Source: Phycisphaerae bacterium
GTDB taxonomy: Bacteria > Planctomycetota > Phycisphaerae > UBA1845 > Fen-1342
DNA: 64,000 bases
Direction: 5' to 3'
Assembly (NCBI GenBank): GCA_050115495.1
Contig: JASFQK010000005.1
Location: 64,001 to 128,000 of the forward strand
The notes beneath the pieces were generated by a model. The model did not search any database and was not told the origin of the DNA. It saw only the letters and a list, made by a program, of their open reading frames with translations. The translations under genes and the position numbers were made by a program. Of the stretch, positions 16,231 through 25,292 are shown one piece after another (positions within the stretch are counted from its first letter, which is position 1; each line of letters starts with the position of its first letter).

Positions 16231-17046
16231 ATGAGGCAAGTGGTGTATAGTGCGATGGGGGCTCTCCTGATGGCCGGTCTGCTTATCTGTCCGGCCACCA
16301 TCGCAGACTCGACCTTCACCATCTCCGATCCCGCCGTCGATTTCCAGGTCATCGACGCCGACGACGGCAGCGGTGAGTACTTCTTCGACGGCATCGGCGA
16401 CTTCGGCCCCTTCTCCACCTTTGCCGATGCCGCCCTCGGCACCGTGGGTGAGGCCCGCTCCATGGCCGAGTTCGACATTTCCGGCTTCAGCATCCCGTCC
16501 GGCGAGACGATTCTCTCCGCCACGCTCGAAGTGCGCCTCACGTCCATCGGCGTCTTCGGCATGGGCATCAACGGTGAGGTGCCGGAGAGCCTGGCCGTTC
16601 ACGGCTACATCGCCAACGGCGTCGACGAGCTGTCCGACTTCGAGGCCGGTATCGGCAACCAGTTGGATTTGGAGCCATTGGTCGACCCCCAGCTCCACGA
16701 CATCGTCACCTTCGACGTGACCGACTACACGGCCGACACGGTCGCCGCCGGCCGGCCCTACCTCGGGCTCATGGTCCGGGCCGCGACGTTCGGCGGGGTC
16801 TGGGTCGGCGAAGGCCAGGGCTATCCCCAGCTCATCATCGAGACGGGGACCCAGTCCTACGACATCGGCGACATGAACTGCGACGGGATCGTCAACAACT
16901 TCGACATCAGCCCGTTCATTCAGGCGCTGACCGACCCCACGGCGTACGAACTCCAGCACCCGGATTGCGACCGCATGCTGGCTGACGTCAACGGCGACGG
17001 CACCGTCAACAACTTCGACATCGGCCCCTTCATCGGGCTGCTATAG
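16231..17046 (+). CDS. Secreted protein (DNRLRE-like beta-sandwich) with C-terminal dockerin-like domain
   Basis: Signal peptide MRQVVYSAMGALLMAGLLICPATIA; FDISG...ILSATL...FDVT...PQLII pattern; GDMNCDGIVNNFDI...ADVNGDGTVNNFDIGPF; AGGAGG RBS. Confidence 0.85.
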   Translation: MRQVVYSAMGALLMAGLLICPATIADSTFTISDPAVDFQVIDADDGSGEYFFDGIGDFGPFSTFADAALGTVGEARSMAEFDISGFSIPSGETILSATLEVRLTSIGVFGMGINGEVPESLAVHGYIANGVDELSDFEAGIGNQLDLEPLVDPQLHDIVTFDVTDYTADTVAAGRPYLGLMVRAATFGGVWVGEGQGYPQLIIETGTQSYDIGDMNCDGIVNNFDISPFIQALTDPTAYELQHPDCDRMLADVNGDGTVNNFDIGPFIGLL

Positions 17047-17047
17047 C

Positions 17048-18511
17048 CTACCCTGCGGCCGAGGGTTGTGGGCCGCGCGACGACCCCTGCCCGGTCCCCC
17101 GATACTGGCGGGAGACCAGCTCGTTCAGGCGACGGGCGAGCACCAGTTCGTCCGTCGCCACGAGCGTTCCGTCACGCACGACCTCGCGACCCGCCACGTA
17201 CACGCGCTCCGCTCGCGGCGCTGCGCACAGGACGAGCGCCGCCAGCGGATCGTGCTCCACTGCCCCCGCCAGCGATAAGTCATCCCGACAGAACATCGCG
17301 AAGTCCGCCGCCGCTCCCGGCTGCAAGTGCCCCAGTTCCGGCCGATTCAGGCACGCCGCCGTGCCGGTTGTCGCCAGTCGGAACGCCTCGGTGACCGGGA
17401 AAAGCGCTTCGTGGTCATCCAGCGGCCCCGGCCGCGCGCGATCGGCGTGCGCCGCCGCCGGCCGCACCCGCGCGGTCAGCAGCGCCTGCTTGACCTCCGC
17501 CAGCAGGTTGCCGCCGTCCTGGCTGCTCGACCCGTCCACGCCGAGCCCCACGCGCACACCGCAATTCAGGAGCTGCCGAACCGGCGCCAGCCCGCTGCCG
17601 AGCCGCATGTTCGAGCTCGGGCAATGCACGACGCCCGTCCGCGTCTGCCCCAGCAGCCGCCGCTCGGCCTCACTGAGCCACACGCAATGCGCCAGATAGA
17701 CATCCGGACCGAGCCAGTCGAGGCCTTCGAGATATCGGACCGGCCGCTGCCGATACCGCTTCCGACAGTACTTCTCCTCGCTCAACGTCTCCGCCAGGTG
17801 CGTGTGCAGCAGCACCCCCCGCTCACGCGCCAGCACCCGCGTGTCCCGCAGCATCTCCCGCGTGACGTTGAACGGCGAGCACGGCGCCAAATCAATCCGG
17901 CACATCGCATACGGCGCCGGATCGTGATACGCGTCCAGCACGCGCACGTAGTCCGCCAGCACGTCGGCGTCGCGTTCCACGCAGTCGTCCGGCGGCAGCC
18001 CTCCGGCCGACGCCCCCAGCGTCATGCTCCCCCGGCACAGATGCAGCCGAATCCCCAGCGTCTCCGCCGCCTCGAGCACCGCCTCCAGCCGCGCGTCCCC
18101 CGCCGGCGGCATCATGTAAAAATGATCGTTCGTCGTCGTGCAACCGTGCAGCAGTAACTCGCCGAGGCTCACCAGGGCGGCCGTCCGCACCGCGTCGTAA
18201 TCCAGACGCCGCCAGTACGGATATAGCCCGACCAGCCAGTCGAAGAGCTGCCGGTCCTGCACGGCGGGCAGGCAGCGGGTCAACGACTGATAAAGATGGT
18301 GATGCCCGTTCACCAGCCCCGGTATCACCAGGTAACGCTCGCCGGCGATCACCGCCGCGAACTCGCCCTGTTCGACCCGTCGGCCAACGGCGCTGGCTGG
18401 CAACAGCTCTGTAACTCGCCCGTCGGCGAAGGCGAGACTGTGCTCCGGCAGCACGCGAACCTCGTCGCCCGCAGGCGTGATAATCGTCGCATTGTGGATG
18501 ATCGCGCTCAC
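17048..18511 (-). CDS. Amidohydrolase, 8-oxoguanine deaminase / AtzB-like
   Basis: PGLVNGHHHLYQSLTR, APCSPF, HTHLAET, AHCV, HCPSSNMRLGSG, GLGVDGSSS; start uncertain (GTG). Confidence 0.88.
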   Translation of the reverse strand: MSAIIHNATIITPAGDEVRVLPEHSLAFADGRVTELLPASAVGRRVEQGEFAAVIAGERYLVIPGLVNGHHHLYQSLTRCLPAVQDRQLFDWLVGLYPYWRRLDYDAVRTAALVSLGELLLHGCTTTNDHFYMMPPAGDARLEAVLEAAETLGIRLHLCRGSMTLGASAGGLPPDDCVERDADVLADYVRVLDAYHDPAPYAMCRIDLAPCSPFNVTREMLRDTRVLARERGVLLHTHLAETLSEEKYCRKRYRQRPVRYLEGLDWLGPDVYLAHCVWLSEAERRLLGQTRTGVVHCPSSNMRLGSGLAPVRQLLNCGVRVGLGVDGSSSQDGGNLLAEVKQALLTARVRPAAAHADRARPGPLDDHEALFPVTEAFRLATTGTAACLNRPELGHLQPGAAADFAMFCRDDLSLAGAVEHDPLAALVLCAAPRAERVYVAGREVVRDGTLVATDELVLARRLNELVSRQYRGTGQGSSRGPQPSAAG

Positions 18512-18759
18512 GCGTGTCCGCTCCTGCAACCGCCGCTCCCGGCCGCGGTTCGGCGGATTGTAGCACAGTCTGCCGCGCGAAACGGACCCGGAACACGCTC
18601 CCGGGGGTCGTTGGCTTCGGACGCCGGCCGGCTACAATACGCAGGGATAATGGTTTCCCGACGGGCCGTGGCGCGGGATGTGATGCCCGGCGGCGAATTC
18701 CCCTCGAACGGTTTCCGAGTATGCTGGCGACGACCACCTACCCAACAACAGATCCTCAC

Positions 18760-20136
18760 ATGCCCACGCTGCGTCGACGCTGGCTGCCCGGCTCCCGAAC
18801 AACGGCCGGACGCCTCGCCGTCGCGGCGCTGCTGCTGGCCGCCGCCGTCGGCTGCGCCGTGCCTCAGCCACGCGGTGCGGGCGAGCTCAAACGGGTCACC
18901 GAGCCGACGACGTCGCGCGCCTACTGGCTCTACCTGCCCGAGTCCTACGTCCAGGCCGACGAGACCGGCCGCGCCTCCCGCCCCTGGCCACTGGTCTTCA
19001 GCTTCCACGGCATGAAGCCGTTCGATACGGCTCACGCCCAGGCCCGCGAATGGCAGCAGGAGGCGGACCGCTACGGTTTCATCGTCGTCGCCCCCGAGCT
19101 GATCGCCCCCGACGTTCTGCGGCAGTTCCCCGTCCGCCGTGTCGCCCCCAGCTTCAAATCCGACGAAGAGGCGACGCTCGCCATCCTCGATCATGTTTGC
19201 GCCACGACGCATGCCGACTCGAAGCACGTTCTCGCCACGAGCTGGTCCTCCGGCGGGTACCTCGCGCACTACATGCTGAACCATCACCCGGACCGGTTCA
19301 CGTGCCTGGCCGTCCGGCAGTCCAATTACTCCGAACCCATCCTCGATGCCGCCGCCGTGCCTCGGTCTTTGCACCACCCGGTCCTGATCCTCAGCACGCA
19401 GAACGACTTCGCCGGCGTCAAACGCGAAACCCAGCAGGCCATCAACTGGTACCAGCGGTACGGCTACACGAACTTCGCCTGGATCGAAATCAAGGCGCTC
19501 GGCCACGAACGCACGCCCGACATGGCCGCGGCTTTCTTCGCCCGCGTCGCCGGCGTCTCGCCGAACCGCCCGCCGCTCGTCCTGGCTCGTCGCCAGGCTA
19601 TCGGCGGAAACCCGCGCGGGCTGGCCCTCCTCACCGATGCCGCCGCGCCTCCACCGCCGGTGGTCGCCCGCGCCACGCCGCAGCAGCCGGAGACCACCCG
19701 GACGCGTCCGCCGACAGGACCGCGTCCCACCCCGCACGCACGAGCCGTCACGCTCTCAGAGCGGAACGACCTCGAACAGCCCCGGCCACGACCGAGTACG
19801 CTCTCCCAGACCCCCGCCGAGACGCCGCAACCGTTGCCACGCGTCCCCGTCTCCATCCGCGTCTCGTCGGCCATCGGCACCGAGCCTTTCCTACTCGCCT
19901 TCTCCGCCGATTGCCCCGCCGATTGGCAGCGCACCGCCGACTTCCTCTGGACGCTCGACGGCAACCCTATCTGCACCGGCTTGAATGGACACAAGACCAT
20001 CACCGACACCGGCGAGCATACGCTGGGCCTGCTCGTCAAGACGCAGGAAAACAGCGAACACCGCGCTTACCGGCTCATCCGCGTGCTGCCCCACATCGGC
20101 TCTGCCGAACGCCCCGGCTGCTCCGGCGGCTCCTGA
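18760..20136 (+). CDS. Lipoprotein alpha/beta hydrolase (PHB depolymerase/esterase-like) with Pro-rich linker and PKD-like C-terminus
   Basis: AAVGC lipobox; YWLYLP, PLVFSFHG, GFIVVAP, SWSSGG nucleophile elbow, LGH. Confidence 0.75.
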   Translation: MPTLRRRWLPGSRTTAGRLAVAALLLAAAVGCAVPQPRGAGELKRVTEPTTSRAYWLYLPESYVQADETGRASRPWPLVFSFHGMKPFDTAHAQAREWQQEADRYGFIVVAPELIAPDVLRQFPVRRVAPSFKSDEEATLAILDHVCATTHADSKHVLATSWSSGGYLAHYMLNHHPDRFTCLAVRQSNYSEPILDAAAVPRSLHHPVLILSTQNDFAGVKRETQQAINWYQRYGYTNFAWIEIKALGHERTPDMAAAFFARVAGVSPNRPPLVLARRQAIGGNPRGLALLTDAAAPPPPVVARATPQQPETTRTRPPTGPRPTPHARAVTLSERNDLEQPRPRPSTLSQTPAETPQPLPRVPVSIRVSSAIGTEPFLLAFSADCPADWQRTADFLWTLDGNPICTGLNGHKTITDTGEHTLGLLVKTQENSEHRAYRLIRVLPHIGSAERPGCSGGS

Positions 20137-20140
20137 TCCG

Positions 20141-20560
20141 CTACGCTACCGCATTCAGCACGAACGCCGCTGCCAGCGCCACTGCCGACAGAATGACGCC
20201 CGCGACCGCCTGCCGGCGCCGCTGCGCCCGTCGGTGCCGCCCCCAGTCCGCGACCAAGTCGGCGACGAATGCCGCCGGCACGGCCCCCGCCGGATGCAGC
20301 ACCTCCACGCGGACGGCGCCGGCCGGCCACTCGTCCACGGCCAGTGTGCCGCTCCATAGTCCGCCGAGCAGCACGTCCGTTTGCGTGAAGATGACGCGGC
20401 TGGCGCTTTTCTCGCGAGCGGCGCGATCCACTTCATCCACGTCGCGTGGTGCGCACCAGCGCACGGCTGCCCCGGCCGGCACCAGTTCCTCGACGCTCGC
20501 CGCCAAAGCGTCGTTTTGCCCACCCACGATAATGATCGGCGTATCGTCGCGCTCGTTCAT
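20141..20560 (-). CDS. Hypothetical protein with C-terminal TM helix
   Basis: ATG overlaps the stop of the upstream CPBP gene (translational coupling); C-terminal hydrophobic helix. Confidence 0.6.
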   Translation of the reverse strand: MNERDDTPIIIVGGQNDALAASVEELVPAGAAVRWCAPRDVDEVDRAAREKSASRVIFTQTDVLLGGLWSGTLAVDEWPAGAVRVEVLHPAGAVPAAFVADLVADWGRHRRAQRRRQAVAGVILSAVALAAAFVLNAVA

Positions 20561-21354
20561 GGCGTGACCCCATAAGCAAGCCACATGTTGATCGTCAGCA
20601 GGCCCAGGGCGATGACGCCAACGACGCCCGCGTACGGAAAGATGCTCGCCCCCACCAGCCAACCCGGCCCCGTGTAGCGAATCAGCGGCCGAACCGTCAT
20701 GAGCACCAGCACGCCGCCGCCGTGCAGCCCCATCGACAGCCACAGCGAACCGCCCGTCGCCACAAACGCCACGCACAGCAGCAGGCCCAGCGCGACGTGC
20801 CCCGGAAACGTCCAGTAGCGCTTCACGCTCCGCACGTAGTGCGCACCGGCGAACACCAGCGCTCCGATCCCGACGGCGACGGCGGTCGGGCAGGAATCAA
20901 TCAATTCGCCCAGCAGCATGGCCCGAAACAGCAGCTCTTCCACCAGCGCCGCCAACACGGCCGTTCCCGGCACGCCGGCCAGCCGCCGCAACAGCCGCCC
21001 GGCACCATGCCGCATACGGAACTCCACGTTGCCCGTCAGCAGCCACGCCAAGTACAGCAGCGCCAGGTACAGCACGGCCGCCGCCGCCCCGTGGGCCAGC
21101 TCCGCCGGTCGTTCACCCAGCGGCAGAAACCTGGCGTAATACGTCACCGGCGACGCACCACGCAACAGCGGGTACACCAGCACCGCCGCGGCCAGCACAA
21201 CGTTGGCGATCACGCGGTTGGCCGTTCGCAGCCAGCGCGGCAGATCATTCCCGCCGATCTTCCCGCGCAGCGGCAGCCCCGCCCGCCACAGCAGCAGCGT
21301 CTGCCCGAGCCACATCGCCGCCGGCACCAGTACGAGTAGACCCAGCGCCCACAT
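20557..21354 (-). CDS. CPBP family intramembrane glutamic endopeptidase (Abi/CAAX)
   Basis: EELLFR, FAGAH and SLWLSMGLH motifs; multiple TM helices. Confidence 0.88.
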   Translation of the reverse strand: MWALGLLVLVPAAMWLGQTLLLWRAGLPLRGKIGGNDLPRWLRTANRVIANVVLAAAVLVYPLLRGASPVTYYARFLPLGERPAELAHGAAAAVLYLALLYLAWLLTGNVEFRMRHGAGRLLRRLAGVPGTAVLAALVEELLFRAMLLGELIDSCPTAVAVGIGALVFAGAHYVRSVKRYWTFPGHVALGLLLCVAFVATGGSLWLSMGLHGGGVLVLMTVRPLIRYTGPGWLVGASIFPYAGVVGVIALGLLTINMWLAYGVTP

Positions 21355-21358
21355 GCCG

Positions 21359-22390
21359 CTACTCCGTCCTCTCGCCGAGCGGCTGCGCGTAGCGCGCGTC
21401 GCCCCGCAGCAGCCGCGTCCAGCGTTTGTCCCCCCACAAGTACCATAGCGCCGGCTGCTCCTGCACGAACCGAGCGAACTCGTCCGCGAACCACTGCATA
21501 CAGCGGTGCACGATGTCCCGCCGCTCATCTCCGCCGCGGTCGCCGGTCGTGTGCGGACACGGTCCGCGCAGCACCAGCCTATGTCGCGAGCCCTCCATCT
21601 CCGCCAGCAGCATGTATAGCGACCGGCCCGTGCGCAGCGCCAGCCATGCCGCTCCCGCCGGCAGGTAGATCTCCCGTCCGCACCAGCGCACCGCCGTTCC
21701 GGACTCGCGCTTCTGCGGCAGGTCCGGCGTGATGAACAGCGTACGGCCGGCGCGCAGCGCATTCACCATGCGCCCCAGCCGTCCGAGCGAACCGGAAGCC
21801 CCGGCCGGCTCGGAGATCCAGTCCACGCCGCTGGCCTGGTACCATCGCTGCTTGGCTGTCTGCCGGCTCGCATCCTTCGAATAGCGCAGGTACACCGTCA
21901 GCGGCATCTCGCTGTTGAGCCGCGTCAGGTGGAGCAGGTAATCGTTGATGTGCGGGCCGACGAGAACCACGCCCTGCCCGCCCTGCGATGAGGCGCACAG
22001 CTCAGACACGGCGTCATCGAGCGTGATCCGCTCGGCGGCCAGCGCTGCCAGTACCTCGGTCCCGCCCGCCGGCGGCCGCCGCCCCGCACAGCGCAAGGCG
22101 TGCAGCGCCCCCGAGAAATGCCGGCCCGCCTGGGCGAAGTACGTGTGATGCACTGCTGGCGTGTACACCCCCACCGCCCGCATGTTCTCGGCCACCTGCC
22201 GGGCCAGCACCGGTAGCCACGCCCCGCACGTCCCCAGCGCCCGCCCGACGCACTCCACGCCGCCCGCCGTCAGCCGCGGCGCCGCCGCCACGGCGAGGTC
22301 CGTCGCTCGTCGGGTCAGCCAGTGCCGCAGCGCTCGCCGCAATATGCGTCTCCCATACCAACCACGCGGCCGCCGCGCGGTCCATATCAT
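21359..22390 (-). CDS. Lysophospholipid/lipid A acyltransferase family protein (LpxL/HtrB-like)
   Basis: VLVGPH, LFITPD, YLPAGAAWLALRTG, PALWYLWGDKRW. Confidence 0.7.
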   Translation of the reverse strand: MIWTARRPRGWYGRRILRRALRHWLTRRATDLAVAAAPRLTAGGVECVGRALGTCGAWLPVLARQVAENMRAVGVYTPAVHHTYFAQAGRHFSGALHALRCAGRRPPAGGTEVLAALAAERITLDDAVSELCASSQGGQGVVLVGPHINDYLLHLTRLNSEMPLTVYLRYSKDASRQTAKQRWYQASGVDWISEPAGASGSLGRLGRMVNALRAGRTLFITPDLPQKRESGTAVRWCGREIYLPAGAAWLALRTGRSLYMLLAEMEGSRHRLVLRGPCPHTTGDRGGDERRDIVHRCMQWFADEFARFVQEQPALWYLWGDKRWTRLLRGDARYAQPLGERTE

Positions 22391-22473
22391 CGTGCGTGAG
22401 TATAATCCCGGCCGGCACGCGGCGACATCAACGCGACGACGACACGCACTCCGAGAACCCGGAGGACTCTGAT

Positions 22474-22812
22474 ATGCTCAAACGACTTCACTTCGCGGCG
22501 GTGGCCCTGGCCCTGCTCGCCCTGTCCGGGTGTGCCCACAACGCCATCACCGGCGACGGCAGCCGGCACGATCTCCTGCTCCACAACACGGCCCGGCTCG
22601 ACGGCGAGGACATCGACCTGACCATCCTCGCCGGCTCGGACGTGCGCAAGCTCTCCATCGTGGGTGAAGGCAACCGCGTCGTCATTCAGGACGGCGCCGT
22701 CGTGCACAAGGTCGAGGTTGTCGGCGAGGATAACGAGGTGACCTGCCCCGCCGGCATGCGGGTCGAGTACACCGAAATCGGTGAAGACAACGACCTCCGC
22801 TACCGGCCGTAG
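22474..22812 (+). CDS. Small lipoprotein with (I/V)xGxxNx(V/L) beta-helix repeats (DUF3060-like)
   Basis: LSGC lipobox; IVGEGNRV, VVGEDNEV, IGEDNDL; GGAGG RBS; TATAAT at 22401. Confidence 0.75.
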   Translation: MLKRLHFAAVALALLALSGCAHNAITGDGSRHDLLLHNTARLDGEDIDLTILAGSDVRKLSIVGEGNRVVIQDGAVVHKVEVVGEDNEVTCPAGMRVEYTEIGEDNDLRYRP

Positions 22813-22818
22813 CCGCCG

Positions 22819-24249
22819 CTAGCTTCCGCCGACCTGCGGTTGGATTGGCCCGCCGCCCCCGCCGGGCGCCGGACCGCCCAGCGCCGGCGGCCCGCCACCG
22901 CCCACCGGCTGCGTCACGATGCGACGAACGATGAACACGCGGCGTGCGGCGGGCTGTCGGGCCAGGGCGGCCGCCCGCTCAATCAGCACGATACAGAACA
23001 GCATCATCGACGCGTTGAAGTTCGTCGGGCTGGCCAGCTTGCTCTCCACGAGACCGGTCGCAGCCAGTGCCAGGAATCCGCCGAAGACCCCTCGCATCGC
23101 GTCCTTCAACACCGGATCCGCGTGCTTGCTGGCCAGCACGCGCACGCACTGCCACGCGGCGCGGGACATGGCCGCCAGCCACAATCCCAGGGCAACCGCC
23201 CCGCCGTCGTACCACAGCGACAGGTATGAGTTGTGCAACCCGCCCGTGAAGTACCGGTGCGAGAAATACTCGCTCATCCCGGCGCCGTGCCCAATGATCG
23301 GGTTCCGCATGATCGCGCCTAATGCCACCATCCAGCGGGTCATGCGACCGGTCGTCCCGCTCTCCTGGTACCACAGGCGTTTCACGATGATGGCATGCGT
23401 GACCGGGTCGACCATGCTCAGCACGATTGCCGTCGCCGCGACCACCAGCCCTATCAGCACTGCCGCCCCCAGCAGACGCTTCAGCCCGAGGCGAAACAGC
23501 AGCAGCGGTATCATGCCGATCATCGCCCCGAATAACCCGCCGCGCTGCGCCGTGCGAATCAGCATCGGCAGCATGATGATGGCGCCAGCCCCACAGGTGT
23601 ACTTGTACAGCTTGCGGTTACCTGGCTTCATCAACCCCCACAGGACAAACGAAGCCACACCGGCCGAAACCACGCCCAGCGACTGCGGATCCGTCACGCC
23701 GGCGAACTTGCCGCCACCCGTGGCCGCCTGCCCGCCGGCCGCACTACCGAAAACCAGGTTGACTGCGATCCAGACGACACCGACCAGGGCGACGACACCG
23801 ATGGCCCGTTGCAGACGCGCCGTGTCGGTCACATAGCGCAGCGTCGCCCCGGTCAACCCCACGGACAGCAGAACGAAGCCTATGCAGATTTGCAGGCTCC
23901 AACTGACGTTCTCTGCAAACGGCACCCATAGGAACATGTACAGGCCGTAACAGAGCATCAGCGCCGGGCCCAGGCCGACGCGCCGCATGCCGTACAACCC
24001 CAGCGGGAACAAGGCGAACACGGCTCCGTACCGCAACAGGGTCAGCACGCCCTGCGTCGGGCCGCCCATCAGCGAGAACGTTTGCCCCACCAGCAGCAGC
24101 ATTAGCAGCGGGCGATACGCCCGCATCACGATCAGCGCCACGCCGATCGCCACCGCCAGCGACAGCACCATGATCAGCAGGCCGCTGTACTCCGACTCCA
24201 TGACCTGCTGCAGACGTTCCAGAAGTGGATTTTGGTCGCCGCGTTGCAT
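22819..24249 (-). CDS. O-antigen ligase / Wzy polymerase family membrane protein
   Basis: Many TM helices; TAQRGG, GR..RW, PIIGHGAG, LHNSYL motifs. Confidence 0.85.
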   Translation of the reverse strand: MQRGDQNPLLERLQQVMESEYSGLLIMVLSLAVAIGVALIVMRAYRPLLMLLLVGQTFSLMGGPTQGVLTLLRYGAVFALFPLGLYGMRRVGLGPALMLCYGLYMFLWVPFAENVSWSLQICIGFVLLSVGLTGATLRYVTDTARLQRAIGVVALVGVVWIAVNLVFGSAAGGQAATGGGKFAGVTDPQSLGVVSAGVASFVLWGLMKPGNRKLYKYTCGAGAIIMLPMLIRTAQRGGLFGAMIGMIPLLLFRLGLKRLLGAAVLIGLVVAATAIVLSMVDPVTHAIIVKRLWYQESGTTGRMTRWMVALGAIMRNPIIGHGAGMSEYFSHRYFTGGLHNSYLSLWYDGGAVALGLWLAAMSRAAWQCVRVLASKHADPVLKDAMRGVFGGFLALAATGLVESKLASPTNFNASMMLFCIVLIERAAALARQPAARRVFIVRRIVTQPVGGGGPPALGGPAPGGGGGPIQPQVGGS

Positions 24250-24287
24250 GTATGCTCAGCTCTGCGGTTGCTGTCAGGTTCCTTCGT

Positions 24288-25238
24288 TCAGCGGTGCTGA
24301 AACCGCACGATCCTCTCGTCCACGATCTGCCCCTCCCGAATGACGGTCGCCTGCTCCAGCACCGGGTTCACGCGTCCGCCGGCCAGGTCGTCGGCATACT
24401 CGGCCACTACCTCGCTGATCGACTGTGTCGCTGTCCGGTGATATAGCGCCGGGGCGTGATCCACGCAATAGTGCAGCACGCCGTCGCGGACATACACCGG
24501 GTCATCAATCGTCGTCGGCCGCGAGCTCTCCACGCCCATGCCTTCGTCGCAACTGATGTCGATGATCAGACTGCCCGGCTTCATCCGCCGCAAGTCCTCG
24601 ATATACACGAGGTGATCCGTCCGAAACACGTCCCACAGCACGCCGTTGACGACGACGTCGTACTGCTCGATCTCCTCGCGCAGCAGCGGCGACGTCTTGC
24701 GGTCGTAGACCGTAACCAGGCAGCCCATTCGCTCAAGCGCCCGCGTCGCCCCGCGGGCGACGTTTCCACGCCCGATAACTGCGGCCTGCGCATGGTACGG
24801 CACGCGCCCCCACTTCAGCATCGCGTGCGCCACGGCCGCCTCGCCGGATAGTTCATTATTGCGCCAGAAGCAATGCCGCCCGCGCTTGAACATGTCCTCC
24901 CAGGCGATCGCCGTCATCCGATGCTTCACCAGCAGGTCGGTGATCTCCCGGCCCTGGACGGCGTGCATCCAGCCAAACAGGGTCCGCCCCGTCTGGAAGT
25001 ACTCATCGGTGAGCATCGGCTTGGGGCAGCAGATGACGGAGCAGGCCACAACTTCTTCCCGATTAACAACTTGCGCTCCGGCCTCTCGATAGGCCTTGTC
25101 GTCGCACCCCATCGGCGCGCCGTAACCGGTCTCGACCAGCATGTCGCCTGGCCGGTTCAGTCGGCGAACGTCCTCCGGCGCGAGCGCCCGCCGAAGTTCA
25201 TTCTCCTTCCGGGGAATCGGAAAGCCTACTTTCGCCAT
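24288..25238 (-). CDS. N5-(carboxyethyl)ornithine synthase-like protein (AlaDH/PNT family)
   Basis: GFPIPRKENELRRAL, ETGYG, GWMHAVQ, AIAWEDM, RNNELSGEA, GRGNVARG, IIDISCD, VDHAP. Confidence 0.8.
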   Translation of the reverse strand: MAKVGFPIPRKENELRRALAPEDVRRLNRPGDMLVETGYGAPMGCDDKAYREAGAQVVNREEVVACSVICCPKPMLTDEYFQTGRTLFGWMHAVQGREITDLLVKHRMTAIAWEDMFKRGRHCFWRNNELSGEAAVAHAMLKWGRVPYHAQAAVIGRGNVARGATRALERMGCLVTVYDRKTSPLLREEIEQYDVVVNGVLWDVFRTDHLVYIEDLRRMKPGSLIIDISCDEGMGVESSRPTTIDDPVYVRDGVLHYCVDHAPALYHRTATQSISEVVAEYADDLAGGRVNPVLEQATVIREGQIVDERIVRFQHR

Positions 25239-25292
25239 CGCAGCCATTCTCCAGAGTATTTATCGGCGCCGCACGCCTCGCCACCGGAAGGC

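Noticed and set aside
9881..17046. Diversity-generating retroelement template/variable repeats among the dockerin tails
   Set aside because: All three copies are coding, differences are not adenine-specific, and no RT is present
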